Assembly (NCBI GenBank): GCA_002104945.1
Contig: MCFH01000015.1
Location: 310,001-374,000, forward strand
DNA: 64,000 nt
Reading direction: 5' to 3'
Source of the DNA: Piromyces finnis finn
Lineage: Eukaryota > Fungi > Neocallimastigomycota
Under the pieces are notes generated by a model. That model had not been told where the DNA came from. It made no database searches and saw only the letters and a program-made list of their open reading frames with translations. The translations under genes and the position numbers were made by a program. Positions 21,859-34,542 of this stretch are shown here, piece after piece. Position 1 is the stretch's first letter. Each line of letters begins with the position of its first letter.

Positions 21859-23604
21859 TTAAAATCCTGGTTTAGCATTCTTTAATAATTGAACAAAGTA
21901 ATCGTGGAACCATTGACCGGCATCTGGAGCACCTGGAAGAGAATCAGAACGAGCACAAACTGGATCAGCTCTAGAACCAGTAGAGGAACCATCAGCTTCA
22001 CCTGGAGTCTTAAGCCACATGTAGGCATCTAATAATGGCATACCAGCTGGGTTACCTTGTGGACGTTCACCGAAACCAGTACCAACAAAGTTACACCAGG
22101 TTTCATTAATACTGAAAGTAGAAGAGACATCAACACCATTACGACCAGTATCAACAATAAAGTGCATATCATTAACACCGACAGCTGAAAGGGAAGAAGC
22201 AAGTTTTTGGTGGTAACCATATTCAGCACTGACTGGTTGATAGTTAGAAACATTAGTACTTAAACCACGAATCTTACCATTTGGAGCACCATCTAAAATT
22301 TCCTTAACAACAGTAGCAACCTTATCAGTAACACCACCTAACCATTTACCATGGGCAGCATCAAGATAAACACTGACATTACTCATAGCACCAAAGACAT
22401 TTACAGCGTAAGATAAAGCATTCTTATGTAAGGTGTGAACAGTCTTACAGGCTTCACTACTACCAGTAACAAGGTTACCAAGAGTATCTGGTTCAACAAC
22501 CATAACAACCTTTGATTCTGGATGACTCTTAATAGTTCTAGAGATGTCATCAATGTAACCCTTGTACTTATCAAGACTAGAAGCACCACCAGCAGAAGCT
22601 AAACTGTTACAATCACGAGTTGGAATCATGTAAAGAATGAAGACAACGGTCTTTGAACCAGCAGCAGCAAGATGACCTTCAACTTCACCTGGAGCACCAT
22701 CCCAAGCTAACCAAACGGCAGTTGGAACTTGTTTAACTTTTTCAGCCTTAGCAGCTAAATCGCCACTTAATTTTGGAATTGAAGAATCAATTTCTTCAAT
22801 GAATTTTGGATTGGCATAAATTTCATTTACAAAGAAGTTTTGGCTGCTTCCACTACCACCTCCATTGTTGTTACTTGGTGGAGCTTGAACATTGTTATTG
22901 TTATTGTTCCATTGGTTGTTGTTGTTTTCCCATGGGTTGCCGTTGTTGTTATTGTTGTTATTGTTCCATTGGTTGTTGTTGTTTTCCCATGGATTGTTAT
23001 TATTGTTATTGTTCCATTGATTGTTGTTATTATCCCATGGATTATTGTTGTTATTCCATTGATTATTATTATTATTATTATTCCATTGATTATTGTTGTT
23101 GTTATCCCAAGGATTGTTATTATTACTGTTGTTGTTCCATTGATTATTATTATTCCATTGATTGTTGTCCCATGGATTGTTGTTGTTGTTGTTGTTGTTA
23201 TTCCATTGATTGTTATTGTTCCATTGATTATTATTATCCCATGGATTGTTCCATTGGTTGTTGTTTTCCCATGGATTATTACCTACAGCATTAGAGCTTG
23301 GTGGTTCAGAAGGACTTGGTTCAGAAGCACCTTCTTGACATTGAGAGTACCATTCATTTATGGCAACACATTTGTAACCAGATTGACAACAGGTTTCACC
23401 AGAGAAGTTTGCACTAATATTTATATAATATAGAAAAAAATAATAGTTTATTTAGTATTATACTATATTTTAATACTACTACTATATATGCATGTATTAT
23501 GTATATATTTACCCTCCACATTGAGCGTATGGACCAGCACAAGCAGCATTAGCGAGTTTCATAAAACCAGCACTAATAATACTAGCAAAAACAATAAACT
23601 TCAT
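21859..23604 (-). CDS. Secreted GH6 cellulase (cellobiohydrolase-type) with N-terminal CBM1 and a long Asn/Trp-rich linker; exons 23513-23604 and 21859-23413; 548 aa
   Basis: Signal peptide MKFIVFASIISAGFMKLANA. CBM1 [35 protein letters not shown], split by a 99-nt GT-AG intron. GH6 motifs PTAVWL, YMIPTRDC, VVEPD, YLDAAHGKW, TNVSNY, IVDTGRNG, WLKTPGEADG, PDAGQWF. The ORF track captured only the last 256 aa. Confidence 0.95.
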
Positions 23605-25836
23605 GTTGAATTAATTAAATTAAAAAAATTAAAAATATATTACAAGTGTTAAAATAATAATTTTATTAATTTTTTTTAAATACTATTTATTTATAATATC
23701 TTTTTTTATATATATAGAAAAAAAGAATGATTATAAAAAAAAAAAAAAGTAAATGGTTTGCCTTTTTATAATGAAATTTATTATAAAATCATTTTTTTTA
23801 ATAATTAAATTTTAATTAAATTTTAATATTTTAATAAATTAAAAAAAAAAAGAAACCGTCAAATTAAATTTTGAAATATTAAATAAACAATTTTTTATCA
23901 AATAAAATTTGTTGGTTTACGTTTCACAAAACGTTTCAAAAAAAAAAAATAATTAAAATTAATTTTTTAAACCAAAATTGTTTGGTAAAAAAAATTTAAT
24001 TCTGGTAGGTAGATAGGTAGGTAGTAAACTTTAAAAATTATTTAAATATTTTAATTCGTTTTAAAGGATTGAAATTTAATATGTGAAATCCTATCAATTT
24101 CTTTTTTTACTTTCTTTATTAAAGAAAGATAATACTAATAGGAAAAAAAAAACATATTAAAAAGTCTAATTAATGTAAGAGAAAGTAACCCACCATTAAT
24201 AAAAATAATTAAATTTATTTAATACTAATTTTTAATAATACTACTAAAAGAGTTTTAATACTACTAAAAGAATTTTAATACTACTAAATCAAACTCTTGA
24301 ATACTTTTTAGTAATAATAAAAGTTTTTTTTTCCTTTTTAATTTTATATGTAATTAATAAACTTTAAGAAATATTTTAAATATATTTATTTTTTTTTAGA
24401 TATTGACTGTGTATTCATCAATTTCACCCAAAAAGAAATTTGTTTTAACCAAATTAAATTTTCATTAAATAAAAAGTGAATTTCTTAACAAATCATATTC
24501 CTTCACAAATAAAATATAAGAAGAAAAAGATGAAAAAGTTTTTTTTTTTTTAATTAAGGTATAATATAAACTTTGAAATTTAAATGTTTCAAATATTTAT
24601 AATTAATTAAAAGTATCTAAAAATAACTATTAGTAAAAAATCAATTTAATAAATTAAAGATTTGTTTTACCTCTTTTATGATAATAGTAAAATGTTAATT
24701 TTTTATATTAACGCTATTATTATTAAGATATTTACCATATACAATATTAATAAAATGTTAATTATTAAATATAATAGGTAATATAATTATTATATATAGA
24801 AGAAGAAAAAAAAAAAAGATAACTGCTAATGATCGATCCTATTATTGTATTTCATTAAACTTTAAAATACATATATACATATATATATTTATATAGTTTT
24901 ATAGTTTTATAGTTTTATATAACTACAATTTTATAAGAAATCAGTATCATTTTTAAAAAAAAAAGTTTGTAGCATGGAACATATCCACACATAGAATTGT
25001 TGAGTCACATGATAGAATCTATGTCATCATCCATCTATTTTAATAATGAAATTTTTTTTTACTATTTGTGTAGAAATTACCGTATAAAATTTTTATTTTA
25101 AAATTACACAAAAAACGGCAACTCTTAATATATTAATATTATTCATGGGATAAAAATTACTATTTTTAAACAATCTTTATTAGATTAAAAATGTTTGATA
25201 ATCCTAAAATTAATTAATTTTTGGATTATTACTATTATTAAAATAAATTAAAATTTATATATATATATTTAGAAAAATTAGTAAAAACAAAAGGGAAAAA
25301 ATTTTTTAAACTTTCTTCACCACACTTTAAAACGAAGGCTATAAAATTTAAATTTAATTTTTTTGATGATGATATAAAAAATAGAATTTATTATTATTAT
25401 TAAATTAATTGACAAAAAATATTATATAAATTATATAAAATAGAAAAAATTAAACTGATTTAAAACTTATAGAATAATAGAAAACAAAATAAAGAAATGA
25501 TTGTTTGTTTGGTAAAATGCATTAGGATAATAATGATTAATAATAATAATGAATAAATAAATATATAATATATAATAATTAAAATTAATTATTTATACAT
25601 TATAGAATATTGGTTCATCATTTTTTTTTTATAAAATTATTATTATTAATGGTGTATTTAAAAAAAAAAATATGAAATTAGGTTATTAATGTTTAAATAA
25701 AACTTTAGTACTAATTACTAAATGTTTTGTGTGTAAAATGATACATGTATATTAATGGTAATTTTTTAAATAACTTTCTATGATAAATTAAAAAATAATT
25801 TTTTTTAATGGTTAAAATTTAGGTATAATTATTTTC

Positions 25837-27628
25837 TTATAATCCAAAAGCATGAAGGAAATTTTGGAACCAATTATTGTTTTGTTCATCACTCCACTTC
25901 CATGGATTCCACCAGTCATTATTATTTTTATTATCATTTTTGTTGTTTTTGTCTTCTTTATTAGGATCAACAAACTTCCATACTCCATTGTTGTTATTAT
26001 TATTATTATTGTTATTATTGTTATTATTACCACCAAATATATTTGCCCATGGATCATTTTTGTTGTTATTATTACCACCAAATATATTTGCCCATGGATC
26101 ATTATTATTGTTCTTATTGTTGTCATTCTTATTATTATTGTTGTTGTTGTTATTACCACCAAATATATTAGCCCATGGATCATTATTATTGTTCTTATTA
26201 TTGTCATTCTTATTATTATTGTTGTTGTTGTTGTTACCACCAAATATATTAGCCCATGGATCATTATTATTGTTCTTATTGTTATCATTCTTATTATTAT
26301 TGTTGTTGTTATTGTTGTTGTTATTATTGTTGTTATTTTTGCTAGTTGATTTACTTACTTCTGGAATAAATATAGCTGGGTTGCCTTTACTATCATTAAT
26401 TATTTCACCTTTACCTGTTGGGAATGAGGCAGTAGTCTTGGTAACTACTGGAATTTGTTGTGAGGTCTGTTCAGCTGGTTCAGCACCAGCAATCTGTTCT
26501 CCTGGAAGTTGTTTAGTGTCAGCAGGTAATTCTACATTTGGAAGTTGTTTAGTATTAGCAGGTAATTCTATATTTGGAACTTGTTTAGTGTTAGCAACTT
26601 CTTCTACAGTTGATTTTGTTTCTGGGACTGAAGTTGGAAGTATTTGAATAGTAAATGTAGCAGCACCTTCAAGTGGTCTATCAGCTGGTACAGTCATGAC
26701 AGCTTCAACATTAGTCATTGGTTGAGCAGTAGCAGCACCAGTTGGTGGAACCTTTGAGGTAACCGTAGTTAATAAACTAGCTGGAACGACCTTTGTTGTA
26801 ATTAATGGGGTTTGTTCTTGAAGAAGAGTGGAGTTACCCCCATTGATTTGTATTAAATCATTACCACCAATTAATTGTTCAAGATTACTGGCAAATTTAT
26901 CTTTTTTAGTGACTTTATCAAAACTACAACCCATATTGAAATCTTCTACAACTTCACCTTCAACTAAAGTCCATACAGTACTGGAATTATACTCAAATTC
27001 TTTGTAAGGAAGAACCTTACCATACTTTTTAGCATACTTTTTAGCGATAGAATAAATTTGTTGATGTTGGTGAACAACAAGAATTGGATTATAGGAAGGA
27101 TCTAATGTTTCAATATATTTGTACATATCGTCTGGGTCACCACCACAACATTTTTGTTCATCTAAATTAATTCCAAGATCTTGTGCTAATAATAATGGTG
27201 TTTCATACTATAAAGAATTATTTATTATTATTAAGTATATTATAAATAATTAATTTTAATATTTTATATTATAAATGCTAAAAAAAAATTAAAATATTTA
27301 CCATACGACGAGATTGGTGTAAACCTCTGTCACCAGAATCAATGAAATCACCTTGTTTTTCATAATGTTGATAAAGAATAAGCTTTGGTTGACGGTAAGA
27401 TGGTGCGTTTCTACCGAAAATATCAACTAAACATTTAGAACGTTCATAACCTGTAATACCAAGACCATTTGCACTTTCATTTGGTATATTTTGAGTAGTT
27501 GACCATTTACTACCTTTATCTAATGTACCATAATTTGGTTTTTCTGCATGCATAATCATATAGATGATTCTACTAGCATTAGTAACTGCTAGGCAACATA
27601 ATAAACATAAAATATTTTTTACGAACAT
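25837..27628 (-). CDS. Secreted histidine-phosphatase/phosphoglycerate-mutase-like protein with a Pro/Thr-rich region and an Asn-rich repeat tail; exons 27302-27628 and 25837-27207; 565 aa
   Basis: Signal peptide, then IYMIMHAEKP...GLGITGYERSKCLVDIFG...HQSRRMYETPLLLAQDLGINLD...CC...ILVVHQH. This matches the layout of fungal secreted (IRHGEKP-type) PGM-like proteins. A 94-nt GT-AG intron joins two ORF-track pieces in frame. Confidence 0.75.
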
Positions 27629-30600
27629 GTTGACTTTTCTTGTTACTTTTTATTACAATAAATTATTATTTTGTATAAATACAAATTATATTTATTTGAA
27701 CAATTAGGAAAGTTTTTATTTAATAGCTATTATTATTATTAAAAATTATTATCATTCAAATAGTATAGAATTGTTAAAACAATGTCAATGATATATAAAC
27801 TTTTTAATATTTACAAATTATAAAAAAAGGAATAATATTAAATGTTATTAGTAGTTTGTATTATATACAACTGATCTGTTTATTTATTGATAAAATAAAA
27901 AAGGGGTTTTATTGTATATCTAAAAGTAAATTTATTATAATCTACTTTTATTAGATTATACTTTTTGTTTTCTTTCTCTATTTTAATATTTACAATTTTT
28001 ATTAATTCCTAAATACAAAAAAAATTAAAAAAAAAAAAAAAAAAAAGAAAAATTGTTATTTTATATAATCAATTTCAATTTTATATTAAATAAGGTTTTA
28101 TTCCTACAAAAATTAAGAATATTATAATTATATTAAATATATTATTATTAATTTTGTAGATTGAAATTAAAAAAAAAAAATCTTATTTAATATAATTAAT
28201 ATATATATTTATATATGGAAAAAATTTTTTCTTTGATATGCGGCATCCTATTATTTTTTATATATAAATTTATATTTATTATTGTTTATAATGAAATTTA
28301 TTATTCTTATATAAAGTAATATATTAATAATTAATTTAGTTAGGTTGACTATTGCTATTATAATTATACAATTATTTTATAATTAAAAATATGATTCAAT
28401 AGGAAAAACTTAAAGTAGAAAAAAATTTTGTTTTGCTTTTAAATAGTAGCTAGTAGGAAAAATTACAAGCTACTAGTAATTACTTCTACTAATATTACTT
28501 TTTCTTTAATATTACATAAATAAATCAGTTTTATTATAAATGAAGGAATATATAAATAAAATATTTAATATAGAATAGAATTTTACTATGAAAATAATAA
28601 TAAATATAATACTAAAAATTATATTTATTTTATTCAACCATTTCATTTTTTTACCACTTTTAAATTTCTATTTTAATTATTATTTTCATTATAAAAACAC
28701 CTTTTACTTAACGAATTTACCTCATTTTATTATTGAATTAATATAGTATAAATTATGAAATAATATTAAAATTAATAAATAATGTTCTCTATCGAAAATA
28801 GTTTTAATCTATAATAATAAATTTGACAAATTAAAAAAGAATATTAAAAAATGTATTTTTAATATATTATAATAGTATAAATTTAGAATTAATTGTTAAT
28901 ATATTTAATAATTAAATTTATAATGGTAGTACAAACAAATACTTTAAATTTAAAATATTGAAAGGTGACCGCAAATCAACAAAAATTAATAGAGTAATTT
29001 TTGTGATTGTGCAACCTTGAAAACTTTATTTATTATTAAAATTTCAATGTTTATCTTTTATTTTGGTTATTTTTGGATAATATTTTCATTTATAAAAGAA
29101 TTATACTATTTTTTACATAAAACTATTTTTAAAAATATTTATTTTATATTTTATATCGACACAAAATAGTCTATTTTTTAACCTGATTTGCTTTCTTTAA
29201 TGATACATAAAAGGAAACAAAGGAATCTATTAAAAAATACTAAAAAATAATAGTATAATCCTTATCATTTTTTTCAATATAACAAAAAAAATAAATACAT
29301 TATTATCCTTTTAAGATATAACAAAAAAATAAAAACTTTATTATCCTTTTTTTTTCCAATATAATAAAAAATTCATTCATCCTTTTTTTTTTCATTCTTT
29401 ATTTTTAATGAATTATTATCCCAGAAATTAAAAAAGAATGACTGGGTTATATTTCTCCTTAAAGAAAAAAAAAATTAATTAATCATAGAAATGCCTTATA
29501 TTCTTTTATAAAATTTCTGTTTATATGTTTTCTTTTTACACAAAGATTTAATGTTTAGGGTTGAATGGATGCTATTCTATTTTATATATTTCTAATGGTT
29601 TGACTATTAAAATTTAATTAGAAATTTATTAATATTTATATTTTTTTATTTTTTTTATTATTATTTTTTAATTAAACTATTGGCAGTTAAATTAAAAAAT
29701 AATATATATAATTAATTATAAATTAAAAAACAAAGGTCGATCATTATTTCTTTTTTTGTCAGTTAATTTATTCATTGTGTTACTATTTTTAGTGGAACCA
29801 TTTCGAATGAAGACAAAATAATTATATGTAAATAAAACATAGTTATACATATTTAAATGTCATTATTTATGTAATCATATGGATAATAGATGACTATTTT
29901 GTTTCATCTGTCAAATAAATAATTATTTTGGTGACATTATAAATTATGTGTAATATTGAATAAAAAAAATGAAAGGATTAGAAAATAAAGTTTCTTTACA
30001 TTTGAGTATATTAAATATTGATCAATATTTAAAAATAAAACTATATATTTATTTTAATATTTTATCATTTATTCAAAAATAACTATGTTCATGCTTGTAT
30101 ATATTCAAAAAGTACTATCAATTCCTAACTAAAAATATACACCGTTATATAATGTGATTTTTGAATTTATATATACATTTATTGAAAAAAGTGTTACAAT
30201 AGCATTATATTATATTACATTCATTGTTTTAAAAGAAAAGTTATTCTAAATAAACATTTATATTTTCTGAACTTTATAAACTTTATAAAATTATAAACAT
30301 CATATGGTATATATGTATTATAAAAATATTAATAATCAATTTATTATTTATTTAATAGCCATGATATGATGTATTAATTATTTGATAAAAACCTTAAACT
30401 TTATATTATATCATGACACATTAACACTTTGATATTCAAAGAAACTGTAAATATAAAGTTATATAATTTTCAATATTTTTTATTAGAAATATAGAATAAA
30501 TTGTCACATAAAAAATAAAATAGTAAAAATTGTCACATAATAGATAAGATTTTTTTAATTCATATATTTAATACATTTAATTTTTATTTTTACTATTTTT

Positions 30601-30676
30601 TACTTTTAATTCAATAAATTAATAGTAAAAAAAAGTATATTTCTTTATTAATTAAGAATTCAAAAGCAAAATATGA

Positions 30677-30898
<222 letters not shown>

Positions 30899-32081
30899 TG
30901 TGATAATTAATTAATTCTCTGTATAAATAAATGAAATGTCAATTTAAAGTTTTTTATAAACTTTAATTTTTTTTACAGATAACTCTTATTGGTTTAATTT
31001 TTAGATTTTTTTCTTTAATTTTTAAAGATTAAAAGTAAAATAAAAAAAAATTCTTTCACCCATTAAAAAAACCTTATCTAGAAAAGATTATAAAAATATT
31101 TAAAACTTTTTGGCATTAATGGATAAATATTATTCATTTTATTTATATTTTTATAATATTTATGGAATAATAGAATAATGCTCTTCTTCTTATTATTATT
31201 TTATTAATATTTATTTAAATAAAAAAAGCTTTACCTTGTCATATTTAATCTAATAATTTATTATAGTTTTTTTTTTAAAAAAAAGAATATATTCTATTTA
31301 TCCTAACTTTTAAACGTTCTGTTTATATATTCATATATTATTTTGTTATCTTTTTTAAACATTTTCATTTATAATACTGTTTTCTTAAAAAAAGTGAATT
31401 AATCCAATTATTATTTAAATTTCCCGACTGTGGATTATTAATTTTTTAAATTAAATTATGCATTCTTTTATATTTAGATAAATTTTATAATTGTATGTAT
31501 ATCTACTATGTTTTACTTGTTTAATTACACTTTTTTTTTTAAATATTTATTAGTTTAATCCATGTAATTATAATTATTCTTATTTATTAATAGTTTATTC
31601 TTTTTCATTCGTATTTTTTTTATTTTTATTTTTATTTTTCTGTCAAAAATTTCATATATTAATATTGTCTTTAAATTAATTATTACTATATATTATTTTA
31701 AATTAAACCTTAAAGTTTTTTAAAGTTTTTAATAAAAACAAAAAAAAAAAAAGGTAGGAAAGCAAATAATAATAATAAAAAGAAGATAAAGAAAAAAAGA
31801 AAATAATAAAATAAATAATCAATTATTTTTTGTTTAGTTGACATTATATATATGGCTATATTTAATTTGTAAAAAAAAAAAAAGTATTTGATGTGAGAAT
31901 TTAACTTGCATAGGTTGACCTTTCATTTTGACATTTAATTAAGCATATTCAATAATTATTATATGAGATTGATATTTATAAAACTTTAATTATTAAGGCA
32001 AATTAGGTTTGGATGATTTGGATGTAATATAGCTATTTTGATATATTATAATACTAAATAGTACATTGTATGCTATTTTAT

Positions 32082-32134
32082 AAATAATAATTATAATAAA
32101 CATAATAATAAACATAATAATAAACATAATAAAC

Positions 32135-32196
<62 letters not shown>

Positions 32197-32216
32197 TAGA
32201 ATAATAATAATAATTA

Positions 32217-32250
<34 letters not shown>

Positions 32251-32270
32251 TAGAATAATAATAATAATTA

Positions 32271-32334
<64 letters not shown>

Positions 32335-32336
32335 TA

Positions 32337-32415
<79 letters not shown>

Positions 32416-32433
32416 TAGAATAATAATAATAAT
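32082..32433. repeat. (AAT)n microsatellite with recurrent AATTAG and AAACAT interruptions
   Basis: Read directly from the sequence. Confidence 0.95.
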
Positions 32434-34542
32434 ATTATTATTATTATTTAAAAAATAGTTTTTTTTTATTATTATTTTTATGTTAATATAAAATGAAAAA
32501 AATTGCTATTATTGTATTATCATGTTATTATTTATTATTTATTACAACATTTTTTCCTTTGATATTCCACAAATTTCTTCATATCTTTTTATTTATTTAT
32601 TCGTTTTTTTTCTTTTTTTTCGAATAAATCAGCTGATAAAAAAAACAAAATGTAAATTTCTTGGTAGTAAATTTTTACTTGTAGGGAAAGTTCTACCTAT
32701 GGAAAAGATATTTTAAATTTCTATTGGATAAAATTAATACTATAGACTTTTTCTTCTTGTTTAAAAAAGGCTAATTCAATAGTATAGAAGCATTATAAAT
32801 TAGTGCAAAAAAAGAAAAAGTGAGTTTATAAAAGAAAAATTTTAAATAGATTATAATATCATATCTACTACAGGCCAAAAAAATAAGTGAAATATTATTG
32901 TATTTATAACAAAAAAGGCCACTTTTAAATTTCTTCTAACCTTTTATTATTGTCTTTTTTTTTTTTGTTTTTTATTTATTATGCCATTTTTTTTTTAAAA
33001 TTAATCATATGATTTTATATAGAATAATATATTGAAAGAAAATAAAAGAATCATTTTAAATATATTAAAATGTAATGAAATAAAATTAAACTCAATAGTT
33101 ATAATATATTATCAATTAATAGAAGGAATAAATTAATATATATTGAATGTAATTCAATTATGAAATAATTAAATCATTAATAATAAAGATGGTATAATAA
33201 AAAACTAAAAAATTTATGGTAAATATAAAAAATGATTTATTAATGAATAAATGATTTTATTTAAAATAATATATTAAATTTAATTATCATTCTATTTTAC
33301 CATATATTTTACCATATATTGCATATGAAAAATTGAAGTTTTTATATTAAAAAAATTAAATTGAAAAAAGATTCTCTTTTAAAAATCTTTTAATTATAAA
33401 AAAAAGTTGACCTTTGAAAACTTTATAAAAAGCAAGTAATTTCTTTAAAAAATATTTTTATAAAAAAAAAGAAGCTATTTTACAAGAGTTATAATAATAT
33501 AATTTTTAAAAAAATATAAATATTATTTATATAATAATTATTCTTTTTTTTTTTAGATGAAAAAAATACTTCATTAATAATAATTATACAAGACCATTAT
33601 TACTATTAAATTAAAAATAGTTTACCTTTGTATAGATATATAAATAGAGTAATTTTAAAGTAACAACTAATAAAACATAAAATTATAATACATTTCTACA
33701 TCAAGGAAAACGTAAGATATTCCAAAAAATTCATTTATTCTAATAATTTTATTTTAAAATGTATCATTTTCAAAAAAAAAATATAAAGTCAAATGGAGGA
33801 GAATATAATAAATTAATTATCGAACTAGTTGATAATGCTTAAAATTCTGCAATGCATTATTTAGGAAAGAGAATGTTTTGCATTAAAATCCGTTATTATA
33901 CTATTTAATCCAGTATTCATAAATAGAAATGATCATTGGAATGGGTCAATGGAACAATAAAAAAACATTTATTTAGAATTAATTAAATTTAATTAATTTT
34001 AATCAAATCCTAACCCATTTACAATATTTAGGTTTCACATAAAATTAAAAAGAGGAAAAAAGTATATAAAAAACTAATTATATATTTGTTTTATTCACTT
34101 TACCATTTAAAAAAAATGAATTAATAGATAAAACTATATTATTCTCTTTTGATAAAATAAAGAAAAAATATTTTCAGCTACTTTTTTAAAAATTTATTTT
34201 AATAATTTTAGTATTAGCATAGTGTAAATTATTAAAATTTAATAGGAATTAAAAGAGGAAATTCAAATATTTTATTATATACATATATATATATATATAT
34301 ATTTTTTTTTTTTAAATTTACATTATTTCATGTGAAATGAATACTTTTACTTTTAATTAAATAATATAAATATTCAATACAGTTGGAAAATATTTGTTTA
34401 AAATAAAAAAAAAACTTTATCATAAATAATAAGAATAGAAATAAAATCTTTTTATACTAATATTATTATTGATAATATAATTATTTAGATACCAACATTA
34501 TCCCACATATATATTTTCCCGAAAATCTATAATTAATAAATA

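Noticed and set aside
22806-23433. Cys/Tyr-rich and Val/Ile-rich + strand ORFs
   Set aside because: They are antisense frames of the GH6 Asn/Trp linker. The same applies to 25812-26647 over the neighbouring gene.
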